Source: an uncultured delta proteobacterium
Lineage (GTDB): Bacteria > Desulfobacterota > Binatia > UBA9968
Assembly (NCBI GenBank): GCA_963771465.1
Contig: CAVYTU010000012.1
Coordinates: 192,001 to 256,000, forward strand
DNA: 64,000 nt
Direction: 5' to 3'
The notes beneath the pieces are model-generated. The model was not told the origin of the DNA. It saw nothing but the letters and a program-made list of their open reading frames with translations, and did not search any database. The first letter of the stretch is position 1. Each line of letters opens with the position of its first letter. Positions 10,032 through 19,608 of this stretch are shown here, one piece after another. The translations under genes were made by a program, and so were the position numbers.

Positions 10032-10631
10032 TTAGAATTTCACCTGTGGCGGCTTTTGCGCGGCTTCATCGGCGCTGAAGTTTTCGCGCACTTTCATGCC
10101 GAGCAGATACTGCGCGGTTAGATTGGTCGGGAAGGAGCGTACTTTCGTGTTGAACTCGACAATTGCTTTGCTGTAGCGTCCGCGGGCGACGGTGATACGA
10201 TTTTCGGTGCCTTCGAGTTGGGCTTGTAGGTCGCGAAAGTTCTGGTTAGCTTTGAGGTCGGGATATTTCTCGACGACTACCAGTAATCGCGAGAGCGCGC
10301 CGGAGAGATTGCGCTGGGCGTCTTCGAATTTCTTAAACATCGCCGGATCGCTGAGCGCGTTGGCATCGAGCTTGATCGATGTCGCGGCGCTGCGGGCTTC
10401 GACAACTTTTTGCAGGGTTTCTTGCTCGAAAGTGGCGGCGCCTTTTACCGTCGCCACCAGATTGGGAATCAAATCGGCGCGGCGCTGATACTGGTTTTGC
10501 ACCTCGGCCCAGGCGCCTTTCACTTCTTCATCGAGTCGCTGGAGATCGTTATAGCCGCAGCCCGAGACGAGCAGGAGTGCGGCGAAACCAATGGTGAAGC
10601 CGTGCAATGAATTTAGTTTGCGTCCGATCAT
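10032..10631 (-). CDS. lemA: LemA family protein
   Basis: SGCGYN, YQRRADLIPNLV, YPDLKANQNF, LEGTENRI. Confidence 0.93.
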   Translation of the reverse strand: MIGRKLNSLHGFTIGFAALLLVSGCGYNDLQRLDEEVKGAWAEVQNQYQRRADLIPNLVATVKGAATFEQETLQKVVEARSAATSIKLDANALSDPAMFKKFEDAQRNLSGALSRLLVVVEKYPDLKANQNFRDLQAQLEGTENRITVARGRYSKAIVEFNTKVRSFPTNLTAQYLLGMKVRENFSADEAAQKPPQVKF

Positions 10632-10745
10632 GAGTTCGCTCCCTTCGATGCACGTCAATGTAAGACTGGCAGTGGCAAAGGGCAAGGGGCGAGTCGGAAT
10701 GATCGACCCAGAAAGCGGCGGGAGTGTCGTACTTAATCAATACGG

Positions 10746-10779
10746 AAAAAGGGGCACACTTGCTCAGTGCGCCCCTTTT
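10746..10779 (-). terminator. Intrinsic terminator after the marR-permease pair
   Basis: Minus strand AAAAGGGGCGCACTGAGCAAGTGTGCCCCTTTTT. Confidence 0.7.
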
Positions 10780-10815
10780 CGTTAACCCAACCTAAAACTG
10801 AGGATGAATCGTGGA

Positions 10816-11667
10816 CTATTCCGCTGATCCCACTGCGGGGCGCCAGCGATTAAAACGCTTTTCCACCCGGGTGATTAACTCGGTTCCGATCATCCCGGTA
10901 AGTGCGAATATGAGCACCCCGACAAAGACTTTATCGGTCTGGAAGGTGGCGCCGGCCACCGTGATCATAAAACCGATGCCGGCGGTCGCGGCATAAAGTT
11001 CACCCACCATCACACCCACGATGGCCCGGCCAAGTCCGAGCCGCAATCCAGTAAGAATAAACGGAACGGTCGAGGGAAATACTACGGTTTTAAAGATCAT
11101 CCATTCGGAAGCGCCGAAACTTCTCGCGGCGATGAGCAGATTCACCGGCGTGGTCTTCACTCCGTCGCGGGCATTGATCAATATGGGGAAAACCGCGCCG
11201 AGAAAGATGATGCCGACCTTGGACAGTATGCCGATCCCTAGCCAGATGATAACTAACGGCAAAAGCGCCACCCGCGGGGTCGCGTTCATCGCGTTGACGA
11301 AGGGATCGAATATATAGGCCACTTTCTTATACCAGCCGATGGAAATACCAAAGGGGACTGCAACAACGGCCGAAAGGAAATAGCCCCAGAAAAGCTCGAT
11401 GCCGCTAACGTAAAGGTCGTTGTAGATTTCGCCGGAAGAAAACATCTGAATAGCCGCGTTCCAAATTAGGGAAGGCGCGCTCATGAACATCGGATTGATC
11501 AATTGAAAGGTATTTCCGACCAGCTCCCAAATAACCAAGAAGAGGGTAACCGAGAGAGTGCCGAGAATTTTCTTCTCCTGGTTCAGGTAGAATTTGAACA
11601 AGCGCGACGCCTCAGCGACGCGCACGTCTAAAAGTAGCTCTTCGGTGGATTCATTTTGATTAGCCAT
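10816..11667 (-). CDS. ABC transporter permease (NitT/TauT family)
   Basis: PRVALLPL, AARSFGA, GELYAATAGIG. Confidence 0.88.
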   Translation of the reverse strand: MANQNESTEELLLDVRVAEASRLFKFYLNQEKKILGTLSVTLFLVIWELVGNTFQLINPMFMSAPSLIWNAAIQMFSSGEIYNDLYVSGIELFWGYFLSAVVAVPFGISIGWYKKVAYIFDPFVNAMNATPRVALLPLVIIWLGIGILSKVGIIFLGAVFPILINARDGVKTTPVNLLIAARSFGASEWMIFKTVVFPSTVPFILTGLRLGLGRAIVGVMVGELYAATAGIGFMITVAGATFQTDKVFVGVLIFALTGMIGTELITRVEKRFNRWRPAVGSAE

Positions 11668-12160
11668 GGCTCTTGTCCTTTCGTTTTTTATTCGGCGTTT
11701 TTGATTCCGTCGTCGTCAAATCCACCGCCGTGCTAAGCGGCGCATCGATACTCTCGATCAACCCCTGCAATATCTTCACGAACTTCGGACCGGAGGACTG
11801 TAATTCTTGCAAATGATGCAGTGAAAGTTTTTTGAGAAACTCCTCGCCGTCGTGAGTCAGCTTGACCAAGACTTGGCGTCGATCGTCGGTGGCGCGCAAA
11901 CGCAAAAGAAACCCTCGGTCGGACAGCCGGTCGACAAGCTCGACGGCGCTGTGGTGCTGCAACTGCATCCGTTCGGCGAGCACGCCGATAGTTGGTTTCA
12001 ATTTTTTGGGTAATCCCTTCACGGCGAGGAGCAGCTGGTGCTGTTGCGGCTCGATTCCCGCCTGGCGAGCGGCATTTTCACTAAAGCGCAAGAAACGCCG
12101 AATTTGATAGCGCAGCTCGGCCATCGCTATGAAGTCGGGGAGGTTTTTATGGACCGCCAT
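11660..12160 (-). CDS. MarR family transcriptional regulator
   Basis: LAERMQLQHHSAVELVDRL, DDRRQVLVKLT. Confidence 0.88.
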   Translation of the reverse strand: MAVHKNLPDFIAMAELRYQIRRFLRFSENAARQAGIEPQQHQLLLAVKGLPKKLKPTIGVLAERMQLQHHSAVELVDRLSDRGFLLRLRATDDRRQVLVKLTHDGEEFLKKLSLHHLQELQSSGPKFVKILQGLIESIDAPLSTAVDLTTTESKTPNKKRKDKSHG

Positions 12161-12166
12161 AATTAG

Positions 12167-12221
12167 ATCGTGTCACGATATTATCGTAACAAGATATAAA
12201 ATTTTGACCGGGGTTTGTCAA
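12167..12221 (-). promoter_or_regulatory. marR promoter with tandem palindromic operators
   Basis: Minus strand TTGACA-17-TATATC; palindrome ATCGTGTCACGAT (12167-12179) and imperfect TATCGTAACAAGATA (12182-12196). Confidence 0.6.
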
Positions 12222-12386
12222 CCGCATTAGGCCTGTTCGGACGAACTCCTTTGTTGACCATCCAGTGACGATCCGGCTGATTTGTGAAAGTGTAAGGTTC
12301 CGCTCGCAATCGGTATTCGACTGCATTCATGGCTTCGACAATGGCGATCCCGCGCATCCCTTAGCGACGCGGTCACAGGCAGAACG

Positions 12387-12415
12387 TTGACTTTGGGTCG
12401 GTTTTCCTTTAAAAA
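12387..12415 (+). promoter_or_regulatory. Putative sigma70 promoter of rplU-rpmA
   Basis: TTGACT-17 bp-TAAAAA. Confidence 0.4.
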
Positions 12416-12435
12416 CTAACCTTCGAGAAAATCCT

Positions 12436-12750
12436 ATGAAATATGCAGTAATTAGAACCGGCGGTAAGCAATACCGCGTTTCCGAAGGCGATGTTGTCAG
12501 AATCGAAAAGCTCGACGGCGAGGTCGGTGCAAAGATTACCATGGAGGATGTCCTGTTCGTCGGCGGCGATGGCGAGGCGAAAATTGGCGCGCCATTGGTG
12601 ACCAACGCGAAAGTGACCGGCGAGATCGTCGATCAACTGCGCGCGAAAAAAATCATCGTATTCAAAAAGAAAAGACGCAAAAGTTATAGCCGTCAGCAAG
12701 GCCACAGACAGTATCAAACCGCACTGAAGATCACCGGCATCGAAGCGTAA
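12436..12750 (+). CDS. rplU: 50S ribosomal protein L21
   Basis: YAVIRTGGKQYRV...FKKKRRK.Y.R.QGHRQ. Confidence 0.98.
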   Translation: MKYAVIRTGGKQYRVSEGDVVRIEKLDGEVGAKITMEDVLFVGGDGEAKIGAPLVTNAKVTGEIVDQLRAKKIIVFKKKRRKSYSRQQGHRQYQTALKITGIEA

Positions 12751-12767
12751 ATTAGGGAGCAGGCGCA

Positions 12768-13025
12768 ATGGCACACAAGAAAGCGGGCGGCAGTTCGCGC
12801 AACGGCCGCGACAGCAACGGGCAAAGACGCGGGGTGAAGGTATTTGGCGGCGAGACGGTGCGCGCGGGTAACATCCTGGTGCGCCAGCTCGGCACTAAGA
12901 TCCATCCGGGCAAGAACGTTGGCTTGGGGCGCGACTATACGTTGTTCGCGTTGATCGACGGCGTCGTGAAGTATGGGCGCCACAGCAAAATCCGCAAAAA
13001 AGTCGATGTCCTACCGATTCAATAA
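12768..13025 (+). CDS. rpmA: 50S ribosomal protein L27
   Basis: [16 protein letters not shown]. Confidence 0.98.
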   Translation: MAHKKAGGSSRNGRDSNGQRRGVKVFGGETVRAGNILVRQLGTKIHPGKNVGLGRDYTLFALIDGVVKYGRHSKIRKKVDVLPIQ

Positions 13026-13045
13026 CTTTCGCCGCCGCCAACGAT

Positions 13046-13071
13046 AAAGCCCCGGAAGGGGCTTTTTTTTT
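13046..13071 (+). terminator. Intrinsic terminator after rpmA
   Basis: AAAGCCCC-GGAA-GGGGCTTT followed by a long T run. Confidence 0.88.
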
Positions 13072-13120
13072 GCCCGGTAGAAGCGGATGATAGCTGGAAG
13101 AGAAGTAGCGAGGTCTGTGG

Positions 13121-13226
13121 TCAAAAGGCGGAAGTCAGGAGTTTGAAGCCAGAAGGGGTTTGCGATTAGCACGATTTGAATTCGCTGCTGAATTCTGACT
13201 TCTGATCTCTGACTGCTGCCCTCTGT
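13121..13226. repeat. Inverted heptamer-array hairpin element (TCAGAAG/CTTCTGA-type)
   Basis: TCAAAAG GCGGAAG TCAGGAG TTTGAAG CCAGAAG ... CTGCTGA ATTCTGA CTTCTGA TCTCTGA CTGCTGC CCTCTGT. Confidence 0.72.
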
Positions 13227-13238
13227 CTCTGTTTATCT

Positions 13239-14294
13239 ATGAAGTTCATCGATGAAACTAAGATCCGTGTAATCGCCGGCAGCGGCGGGCCGGGTTGCGT
13301 CAGCTTCTATCGCGCAAAATATGTTCGCCGCGGTCCGCCCGATGGCGGCAATGGCGGGCATGGCGGCGATGTCGTGGCCGAGTCGGACGCGCAACTGACC
13401 ACGTTGCTCGATCTACGCTATCGCAAGGAGTGTAAAGCGAGCCCTGGAAAGCGCGGCGCCGACGCTGGTTGTGATGGCCGGCGTGGTGATGACTATGTGA
13501 TTCGAGTTCCGGTGGGCACGATGATCCGCGACGTGGCGACGGGCGAGTTGCTCGCCGATTTAAAGAGCCCCGGCGAACGAGCCGTGGTCGCCGCCGGCGG
13601 GCGAGGTGGCAAGGGCAACGCTCATTTCGCCTCGTCAACCAACCGAAGCCCACACTATGCCCAGCCGGGCGAGCCCGGCGCGGAGCGCGAACTCGAGATC
13701 GAACTGCGGTTGCTCGCCGACGTTGGCATCATCGGTTTGCCCAATGCCGGCAAATCGACACTGATCTCGGTGATCTCAGCGGTGCGCCCGAAAATCGCCG
13801 ACTACCCGTTTACTACACTGGTGCCCAACCTGGGTGTGGTCGGATACGGCGAGGGCAGAAGTTTCGTTGTCGCGGATATTCCTGGGCTGATCGAAGGCGC
13901 ACACCAGGGACACGGACTCGGCGATAAGTTTCTCCGCCACGTGATGCGCACGCGCGTGCTGATCCATTTGATCGACGCCTCGCAGATCGACGACGCCGAC
14001 CCGTTGCGCGATTGGAAAACGATCAATCGTGAGCTGGAGCTGTTCGATGCTGAGCTCGGCGAAAAGCCGCAGATTGTGGTGGCTAACAAAGTCGATTTGC
14101 CTGAAGGCCGCGAGAAATCGAAGTTGTTAGCGAAGAAGTTGCCAAAGGCATCTCGTCCCTTGCACGTCATTTCCGCAGCAACGACCGAGGGTGTTCAGGA
14201 CTTGGTCTACTTGGTCGGCCGCAGGCTCGACACCCTAAGACAACAGAGCGAGTTGGATCGTGACGCAACTGGAGCACAAGAAGCCAATCCTTAA
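13239..14294 (+). CDS. obgE: GTPase ObgE/CgtA
   Basis: Gly-rich Obg fold, GLPNAGKST, DYPFTT, DIPGLIEGA, NKVD. Confidence 0.97.
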   Translation: MKFIDETKIRVIAGSGGPGCVSFYRAKYVRRGPPDGGNGGHGGDVVAESDAQLTTLLDLRYRKECKASPGKRGADAGCDGRRGDDYVIRVPVGTMIRDVATGELLADLKSPGERAVVAAGGRGGKGNAHFASSTNRSPHYAQPGEPGAERELEIELRLLADVGIIGLPNAGKSTLISVISAVRPKIADYPFTTLVPNLGVVGYGEGRSFVVADIPGLIEGAHQGHGLGDKFLRHVMRTRVLIHLIDASQIDDADPLRDWKTINRELELFDAELGEKPQIVVANKVDLPEGREKSKLLAKKLPKASRPLHVISAATTEGVQDLVYLVGRRLDTLRQQSELDRDATGAQEANP

Positions 14295-15396
14295 GCGCGC
14301 GCGCCGCGTCGTCGTCAAGATCGGTAGCCAGATTCTCTCTTCGAGCGACGGCATCGAAGAGGCGCGGTTGCGCGGCCTGGTGCGCGAGCTCGCCGAACTG
14401 CACGAACAGAAAAAAGAGATCGTTGTTGTCAGCTCGGGTGCAGTGGCGGCGGGGATGATGCAACTGGGGCGCAAAGAACGACCGAAATCGATTCCTGAAA
14501 AGCAGGCCCTCGCCGCCGTGGGGCAGATTAAATTAATGGCGCTCTACGAGCGCGCGTTTTCGAAATTCGGCAAAAGTGTCGCCCAGGTATTGCTAACGGC
14601 GGATGATCTCGCCAACCGGCAACGCTATATCAACGCCAAGCACACTTTTCAGGTGCTGCTGGAGTCGGCGATTATTCCGATCGTCAACGAAAACGACACG
14701 GTCGCCGTGGACGAAATGAAGTTCGGCGACAACGATCATCTGTCGGCGTTGGTGGCGACGCTATTGGAAGCGGATATTCTCGTGATCTTGAGCGACGTCG
14801 ATGGTGTCTACGACCAAGATCCGCGGGCGCATGAAGATGCTCAGCTGATTCCGCTCATTAGCGAAGCGCGCGGCCTGCGTCAGGCGATCGGCGGCGCGAG
14901 CATGAGCGCGTTGGGCACTGGAGGGATTGTGACCAAGCTGGCAGCGGCGGAAGAGGCTGCCTTGGCGGGTATTCCAACAGTAATCACGAGCGGCTTACAG
15001 AGCGGCGTGTTGGCGAAAATTTTCGATGCTAAAGAACAAGTCGGCACACTGATCTTGCCGGGAGCGGACCGCTTGGCGAGCCGCAAGCATTGGATCGCAT
15101 ACAATTTGAAACCGAGCGGCGAGATTGTCGTCGACCAGGGCGCGCACGATGCCGTGGTACAGAAAGGCAAGAGTCTTTTGCCATCGGGTTTGAAGGAAGT
15201 GCGCGGCGTTTTCGGTGTCGGGGAGTGCGTGCGTTGCTTGGACCTGGACGGCAAAGAGTTCGCCCGTGGTCTGGTCAACTACAGCGCCCAGGAGTTGAAT
15301 CGGATCAGAGGATTGCATACAAGCAGGATTGAAAAAGTTCTGGGCTACAAAGCTTACGAAGAGATCATTCACCGCGACGATTTGGTCATATTGTGA
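14260..15396 (+). CDS. proB: Glutamate 5-kinase with PUA domain
   Basis: RVVVKIGS, VSSGAVAAG, NENDTV, FGDND, SLLPSG. Confidence 0.97.
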   Translation: MTQLEHKKPILKRARRVVVKIGSQILSSSDGIEEARLRGLVRELAELHEQKKEIVVVSSGAVAAGMMQLGRKERPKSIPEKQALAAVGQIKLMALYERAFSKFGKSVAQVLLTADDLANRQRYINAKHTFQVLLESAIIPIVNENDTVAVDEMKFGDNDHLSALVATLLEADILVILSDVDGVYDQDPRAHEDAQLIPLISEARGLRQAIGGASMSALGTGGIVTKLAAAEEAALAGIPTVITSGLQSGVLAKIFDAKEQVGTLILPGADRLASRKHWIAYNLKPSGEIVVDQGAHDAVVQKGKSLLPSGLKEVRGVFGVGECVRCLDLDGKEFARGLVNYSAQELNRIRGLHTSRIEKVLGYKAYEEIIHRDDLVIL

Positions 15397-15403
15397 GAAG
15401 CGC

Positions 15404-16675
15404 ATGCCGGCGACGAATGAAAAGTTAACCCAAGAGGCGCTGCGGCTTGGCAAGCAGGCGAAGATGGCCGCGCGCCAATTGGCGCCGCTCGCTTCGGCGG
15501 AAAAAAATCGCGCGCTGTTGCTGATGGCCGACAAGCTCGAAGCCAAGAGCGCCTTGTTGGTCGGGGAAAATCACAAAGACCTCGAGCTCGCCAAAGCCAG
15601 CGGCGCGGCGAGCGCGCTGCTCGATCGCATCGCGCTCAATCCCGGCCGGGTGCAGGCGATGGCGCAGGGACTGCGCGAAGTCGCGGCGTTGGCCGATCCA
15701 GTGCGCGAGGTGGTCAAGATGTGGCGCCGGCCCAACGGCTTGCAAGTGGGCCGCATGCGCATCCCGCTCGGCGTCATCGGCATGATCTACGAAGCGCGCC
15801 CCAACGTCACTGCGGACGCGGCGGCGCTCTGCCTCAAATCCGGCAACGCCGTGATACTGCGCGGCGGCAGCGAAGCGCATCATTCAAACCAAGCGATCGG
15901 CGCGGTGCTGCGCGAAGCTTGCGCCGAGACCCGCGTGCCGCAGGATGCGGTACAAGTCGTCCAATTCAAAGATCACGCGCTGGTCAACGAGCTGTTGCAG
16001 TTGGAAGATTATATCGATCTGATTATTCCGCGCGGCGGCGAGGATTTGATTCGCGCCGTGGTAGCGAGCTCGAAAATTCCCGTTATCAAGCACTACAAAG
16101 GCGTGTGCCATATCTACGTCGATGCCGACGCGTCGTTGGCAATGGCCGAGCGCATCTGTTTCAACGCCAAGGTGCAGCGGCCGTCGGTGTGCAACGCCAT
16201 GGAGACGCTGTTGGTTCATGAAGCCGTGGCGGCGAAATTTTTGCCCGCGATGATCGCCAAATATCAGGCGGCGGGCGTGGAGATTCGCGGTTGCGAGCGG
16301 ACTTGCGAGCTGGTCGCTGGATTAAAACCAGCGTCCGATGGGGATTGGTCGACTGAATATCTCGATCTGATTCTCGCCGTGCGCGTTGTTAAAGACATGG
16401 ACGCAGCGATCGCGCATATCGAGCGCTACGGTTCGGAGCACACCGAAAGCATCGTCACGACTAACTATCAACGGTCTCGCGAGTTCATCGATCGGGTCAA
16501 TTCTTCTGCCGTGATGGTCAATGCGTCGACCCGTTTCAACGACGGCGGTGAGCTTGGTTTAGGCGCCGAGATCGGCATTAGCACGAGTAAGATCCACGCC
16601 TTCGGGCCGATGGGTTTGGAAGAACTGACGACGACTAAGTTTATCGTCTTCGGCGACGGGCAAATCCGGGAATAG
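15404..16675 (+). CDS. proA: Gamma-glutamyl phosphate reductase
   Basis: PLGVIGMIYEARPNVT, VCNAMETLL, NASTRFNDG. Confidence 0.97.
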   Translation: MPATNEKLTQEALRLGKQAKMAARQLAPLASAEKNRALLLMADKLEAKSALLVGENHKDLELAKASGAASALLDRIALNPGRVQAMAQGLREVAALADPVREVVKMWRRPNGLQVGRMRIPLGVIGMIYEARPNVTADAAALCLKSGNAVILRGGSEAHHSNQAIGAVLREACAETRVPQDAVQVVQFKDHALVNELLQLEDYIDLIIPRGGEDLIRAVVASSKIPVIKHYKGVCHIYVDADASLAMAERICFNAKVQRPSVCNAMETLLVHEAVAAKFLPAMIAKYQAAGVEIRGCERTCELVAGLKPASDGDWSTEYLDLILAVRVVKDMDAAIAHIERYGSEHTESIVTTNYQRSREFIDRVNSSAVMVNASTRFNDGGELGLGAEIGISTSKIHAFGPMGLEELTTTKFIVFGDGQIRE

Positions 16676-16680
16676 AAAGA

Positions 16681-16778
16681 AGGCGGACGGATGACGGCGG
16701 AAGGCGGAAGAGGGAAACGAGTTCGTGTCGATCTATGCTGGGGTTGGTGGTCATCCTTTATCACTTGTCCTTCATTCT
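16681..16778. repeat. Inverted heptamer-array hairpin element (AGGATGA/TCATCCT-type)
   Basis: AGGCGGA CGGATGA CGGCGGA AGGCGGA ... TCATCCT TTATCAC TTGTCCT TCATTCT. Confidence 0.65.
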
Positions 16779-16806
16779 CACCTACATCGCGTCCGGCATT
16801 CGCCTC

Positions 16807-17463
16807 ATGAAAATCGGTATCTTCGGCGGCACCTTCGACCCGATCCATTGGGGCCATCTGCGCAGCGCCGAAGAGGTCGGCGAAACTTATCGGCTTGAGC
16901 GCATCTATTTTATTCCCGCGTCTATTCCGCCGCATAAGCGCGGCCAGACCACGACACCGGCGCGTGATCGATTGCGCATGGTGCGCCTGGCGGCGTCGCG
17001 TAATCCGCGCTTCGCGGTATCCATGGTGGAGTTGGCTCGTCCCGGCTTGTCTTATTCCGTCGATACGATCCGGGAGTTTGCCGGCAAGCTTAAAAAAACC
17101 GATGCGCTCTATTTCATCATCGGTTTAGACGCGTTTCGCGAGATCGGCACCTGGAAGGATTTCCCAGAAATATTTCCGCTTTGTAACTTCATCGTCACCT
17201 CGCGGCCCGGCAGCAAGGAGAACGATCCCCTCAAAGGCACCGGCGTTGCCGTCAAAAAACTCTTTTGTTATGATTTAAAGCATAAGAATTATCGCCATCG
17301 GAGCGGCACACGCATATACTTCATCGAGCTTACGGATATCGCCATCTCAGCTTCAGAAATACGCGCCTTGGTCCGGCAAGGAAAGTCGATTCGTTATTTA
17401 GTGCCAGCGGCAGTGGAAAAATATATCAAACAGCGCGGGCTGTACGCCAGCCGGCGCGGCTAG
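16807..17463 (+). CDS. nadD: Nicotinate-nucleotide adenylyltransferase
   Basis: GIFGGTFDPIHWGH, PPHK, ISASEIR. Confidence 0.96.
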   Translation: MKIGIFGGTFDPIHWGHLRSAEEVGETYRLERIYFIPASIPPHKRGQTTTPARDRLRMVRLAASRNPRFAVSMVELARPGLSYSVDTIREFAGKLKKTDALYFIIGLDAFREIGTWKDFPEIFPLCNFIVTSRPGSKENDPLKGTGVAVKKLFCYDLKHKNYRHRSGTRIYFIELTDIAISASEIRALVRQGKSIRYLVPAAVEKYIKQRGLYASRRG

Positions 17464-17473
17464 TGGTGAAACT

Positions 17474-17881
17474 TTGAAAGACATCAGTTCTTGGGACAAA
17501 GTCTTAATGCTGACGCGCGCCGCGTTGGAGAAGAAGGCCTGTGACTTGGTCGTTTTGGACGTGCACGAACATACGTCCATCGCCGATTATTTCATCGTTT
17601 GTTCGGGCCGCTCCGACCGCCAGGTGCAAAGCATCGCGCAAGGGTTGGAAGAAGAGTCCGGTGAAGAAGGCATCAAACCCTTCGCCGTCGAAGGGGCGCA
17701 GCGCGGCCATTGGGTATTGATGGATTTCTCCGACGTGATCGTCCACATCTTCTACGAACCGGTGCGCCAGTTTTACGATCTCGACGGTCTGTGGGGTCAT
17801 GCTCCGATAGCAAAGCTGCCTGAAACCTACGCCAAATTGATCACACAGTTTCAGGCTTCCGACGAGCGCTTATCCTCGTAA
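17474..17881 (+). CDS. rsfS: Ribosome silencing factor
   Basis: EKKA.D, ADYFIVCSG, WVLMDFSDVIVHIF, FYDLDGLW. Confidence 0.95.
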   Translation: MKDISSWDKVLMLTRAALEKKACDLVVLDVHEHTSIADYFIVCSGRSDRQVQSIAQGLEEESGEEGIKPFAVEGAQRGHWVLMDFSDVIVHIFYEPVRQFYDLDGLWGHAPIAKLPETYAKLITQFQASDERLSS

Positions 17882-17941
17882 GCGAACTTTCCCGCTTAAT
17901 TCACGCTGCGGCGGGAAGTTCTAACCAGAAAGGAAATCCCC

Positions 17942-19486
17942 TTGAGCACGATTGAGCCCGTGGTTCTGATTATCTTGGACGGCTTCGGCATCAATCCGCG
18001 CAAGGATTATAACGCCATCGCCAACGCCACGAAGCCCAATCTCGACGCGTTGCTGCGGGATTACCCCAATTCCAAGCTGTCCATGTCCGGCGTCGACGTC
18101 GGTTTACCGGCGGGACAGATGGGCAATTCGGAAGTCGGCCACATGATTCTCGGCGCCGGGCGAATTGTTTTTCAGGATTTGACTCTGATCCACAAAGATA
18201 TCGACGAGGGAAAATTTTATCATAATGCCGTACTGCTCGATGCGCTGCGCAAGGCCAAAGCGAAGAGCGACCGGCTGCATTTGATGGGACTTCTCGGTGA
18301 CGGCGGCGTGCATAGCCACCAGCGGCACATGGAAGCGCTCCTGGAGATGGCCAAGCGCGAGAAACTCGGCCAGGTGTATCTCCACCTGTTTCTCGACGGC
18401 CGCGATACGCCGCCGAACAGCGCCGAGCAGTTCATGCTCGATTTGAATGACAAGCTCAAAGCATTTCCCAACGTAAAAATCGCCACGGTGAGCGGGCGCT
18501 ATTATGCCATGGACCGGGACAAACGGTGGGATCGGGTCGAGAAGGCTTATCTTTGTCTTACTGAGGGGATAGGCAATCAGGCTTCATCGGCGCTCGAAGC
18601 GATTCGCAACAGCTACAAAGAGAATGTGACCGATGAGTTCGTCTTGCCGACGACGATTGCCGGCGTGGTTCCCGATGGACTGATCCGCAACGGCGACGGC
18701 GTGATATTTTTTAACTTTCGCGCCGACCGAGCGCGCGAGTTGACGCGCGCCTTGACCGATCCGGAGTTCAAAGAGTTTTCCCGGCCGCGGCGCATCGAGC
18801 TATGCAGTTATACGACGATGACGCAGTATGACGAGACGTTTAAACATCCGGTCGCCTATCAACCGCGCGAGATTAGAAAAATTCTCGGTGAGGTGGCGAG
18901 TCAGGCCGGGGTTAAGCAATTGCGCATCGCCGAGACCGAGAAATACGCTCATGTGACGTATTTCTTCAATGGCGGCGAGGAAAAGAAGTTTCCCGGCGAA
19001 GAGCGGATTCTCATTCCGTCGCCGAAAGACGTCGCGACCTACGATTTGAAGCCAGAGATGAGCGCCCGGCCGGTGACCGAAGCTTTGGTGAAGCACTTGC
19101 GCGAGACCGATGTCGGCCTCGTGATTGCCAACTACGCCAACGCCGATATGGTCGGCCACACGGGCAACTTCGAGGCGTCGATTAAAGCCGTCGAGGTGAT
19201 CGACGAGTGCCTCGGCAAGGTCGTCGACGCCGTGCTCGGCAAAAAAGGCAAGCTCATCATCACCGCCGACCATGGCAACATCGAGCAACTGATCGACTAC
19301 GACACCGGCAAGCTGCACACCGCACATACGATCAATCTCGTGCCGGTGATTCTCATCGACGAAGAGCATCGGAAGTGCCGGCTCAATCAAGGCACGGCGA
19401 TCGATGTAGCGCCGACGGTGATGCAGTTACTCGGATTGCCCCTGCCAGCCGAAATGACCGGCCATTCCTTGATCGTCGAAGCGTAG
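17942..19486 (+). CDS. gpmI: 2,3-bisphosphoglycerate-independent phosphoglycerate mutase
   Basis: GQMGNSEVGH, DGRDT, AETEKYAHVT, DMVGHTG, TADHGN. Confidence 0.97.
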   Translation: MSTIEPVVLIILDGFGINPRKDYNAIANATKPNLDALLRDYPNSKLSMSGVDVGLPAGQMGNSEVGHMILGAGRIVFQDLTLIHKDIDEGKFYHNAVLLDALRKAKAKSDRLHLMGLLGDGGVHSHQRHMEALLEMAKREKLGQVYLHLFLDGRDTPPNSAEQFMLDLNDKLKAFPNVKIATVSGRYYAMDRDKRWDRVEKAYLCLTEGIGNQASSALEAIRNSYKENVTDEFVLPTTIAGVVPDGLIRNGDGVIFFNFRADRARELTRALTDPEFKEFSRPRRIELCSYTTMTQYDETFKHPVAYQPREIRKILGEVASQAGVKQLRIAETEKYAHVTYFFNGGEEKKFPGEERILIPSPKDVATYDLKPEMSARPVTEALVKHLRETDVGLVIANYANADMVGHTGNFEASIKAVEVIDECLGKVVDAVLGKKGKLIITADHGNIEQLIDYDTGKLHTAHTINLVPVILIDEEHRKCRLNQGTAIDVAPTVMQLLGLPLPAEMTGHSLIVEA

Positions 19487-19608
19487 CGAAAAGAAAATCT
19501 CCCTCGCTTGCCCATTTCTAAGCGAAAGACTGTTTGGCACTTTTTTTTGATCGGCGGCAATTTTTGCTTTGCCAGTTGGAGCACGGATTTGATAGATTTC
19601 CTGGCGCG

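Noticed and set aside
12750-12768. Prp (ysxB) protease gene or L21 leader
   Set aside because: rplU and rpmA are adjacent and L27 has no N-terminal extension; this is the normal arrangement.
17884-17921. Hairpin between rsfS and gpmI as a terminator
   Set aside because: A stem is present (GAACTTTCCCGC...GCGGGAAGTTC) but has a large loop and no U tract.
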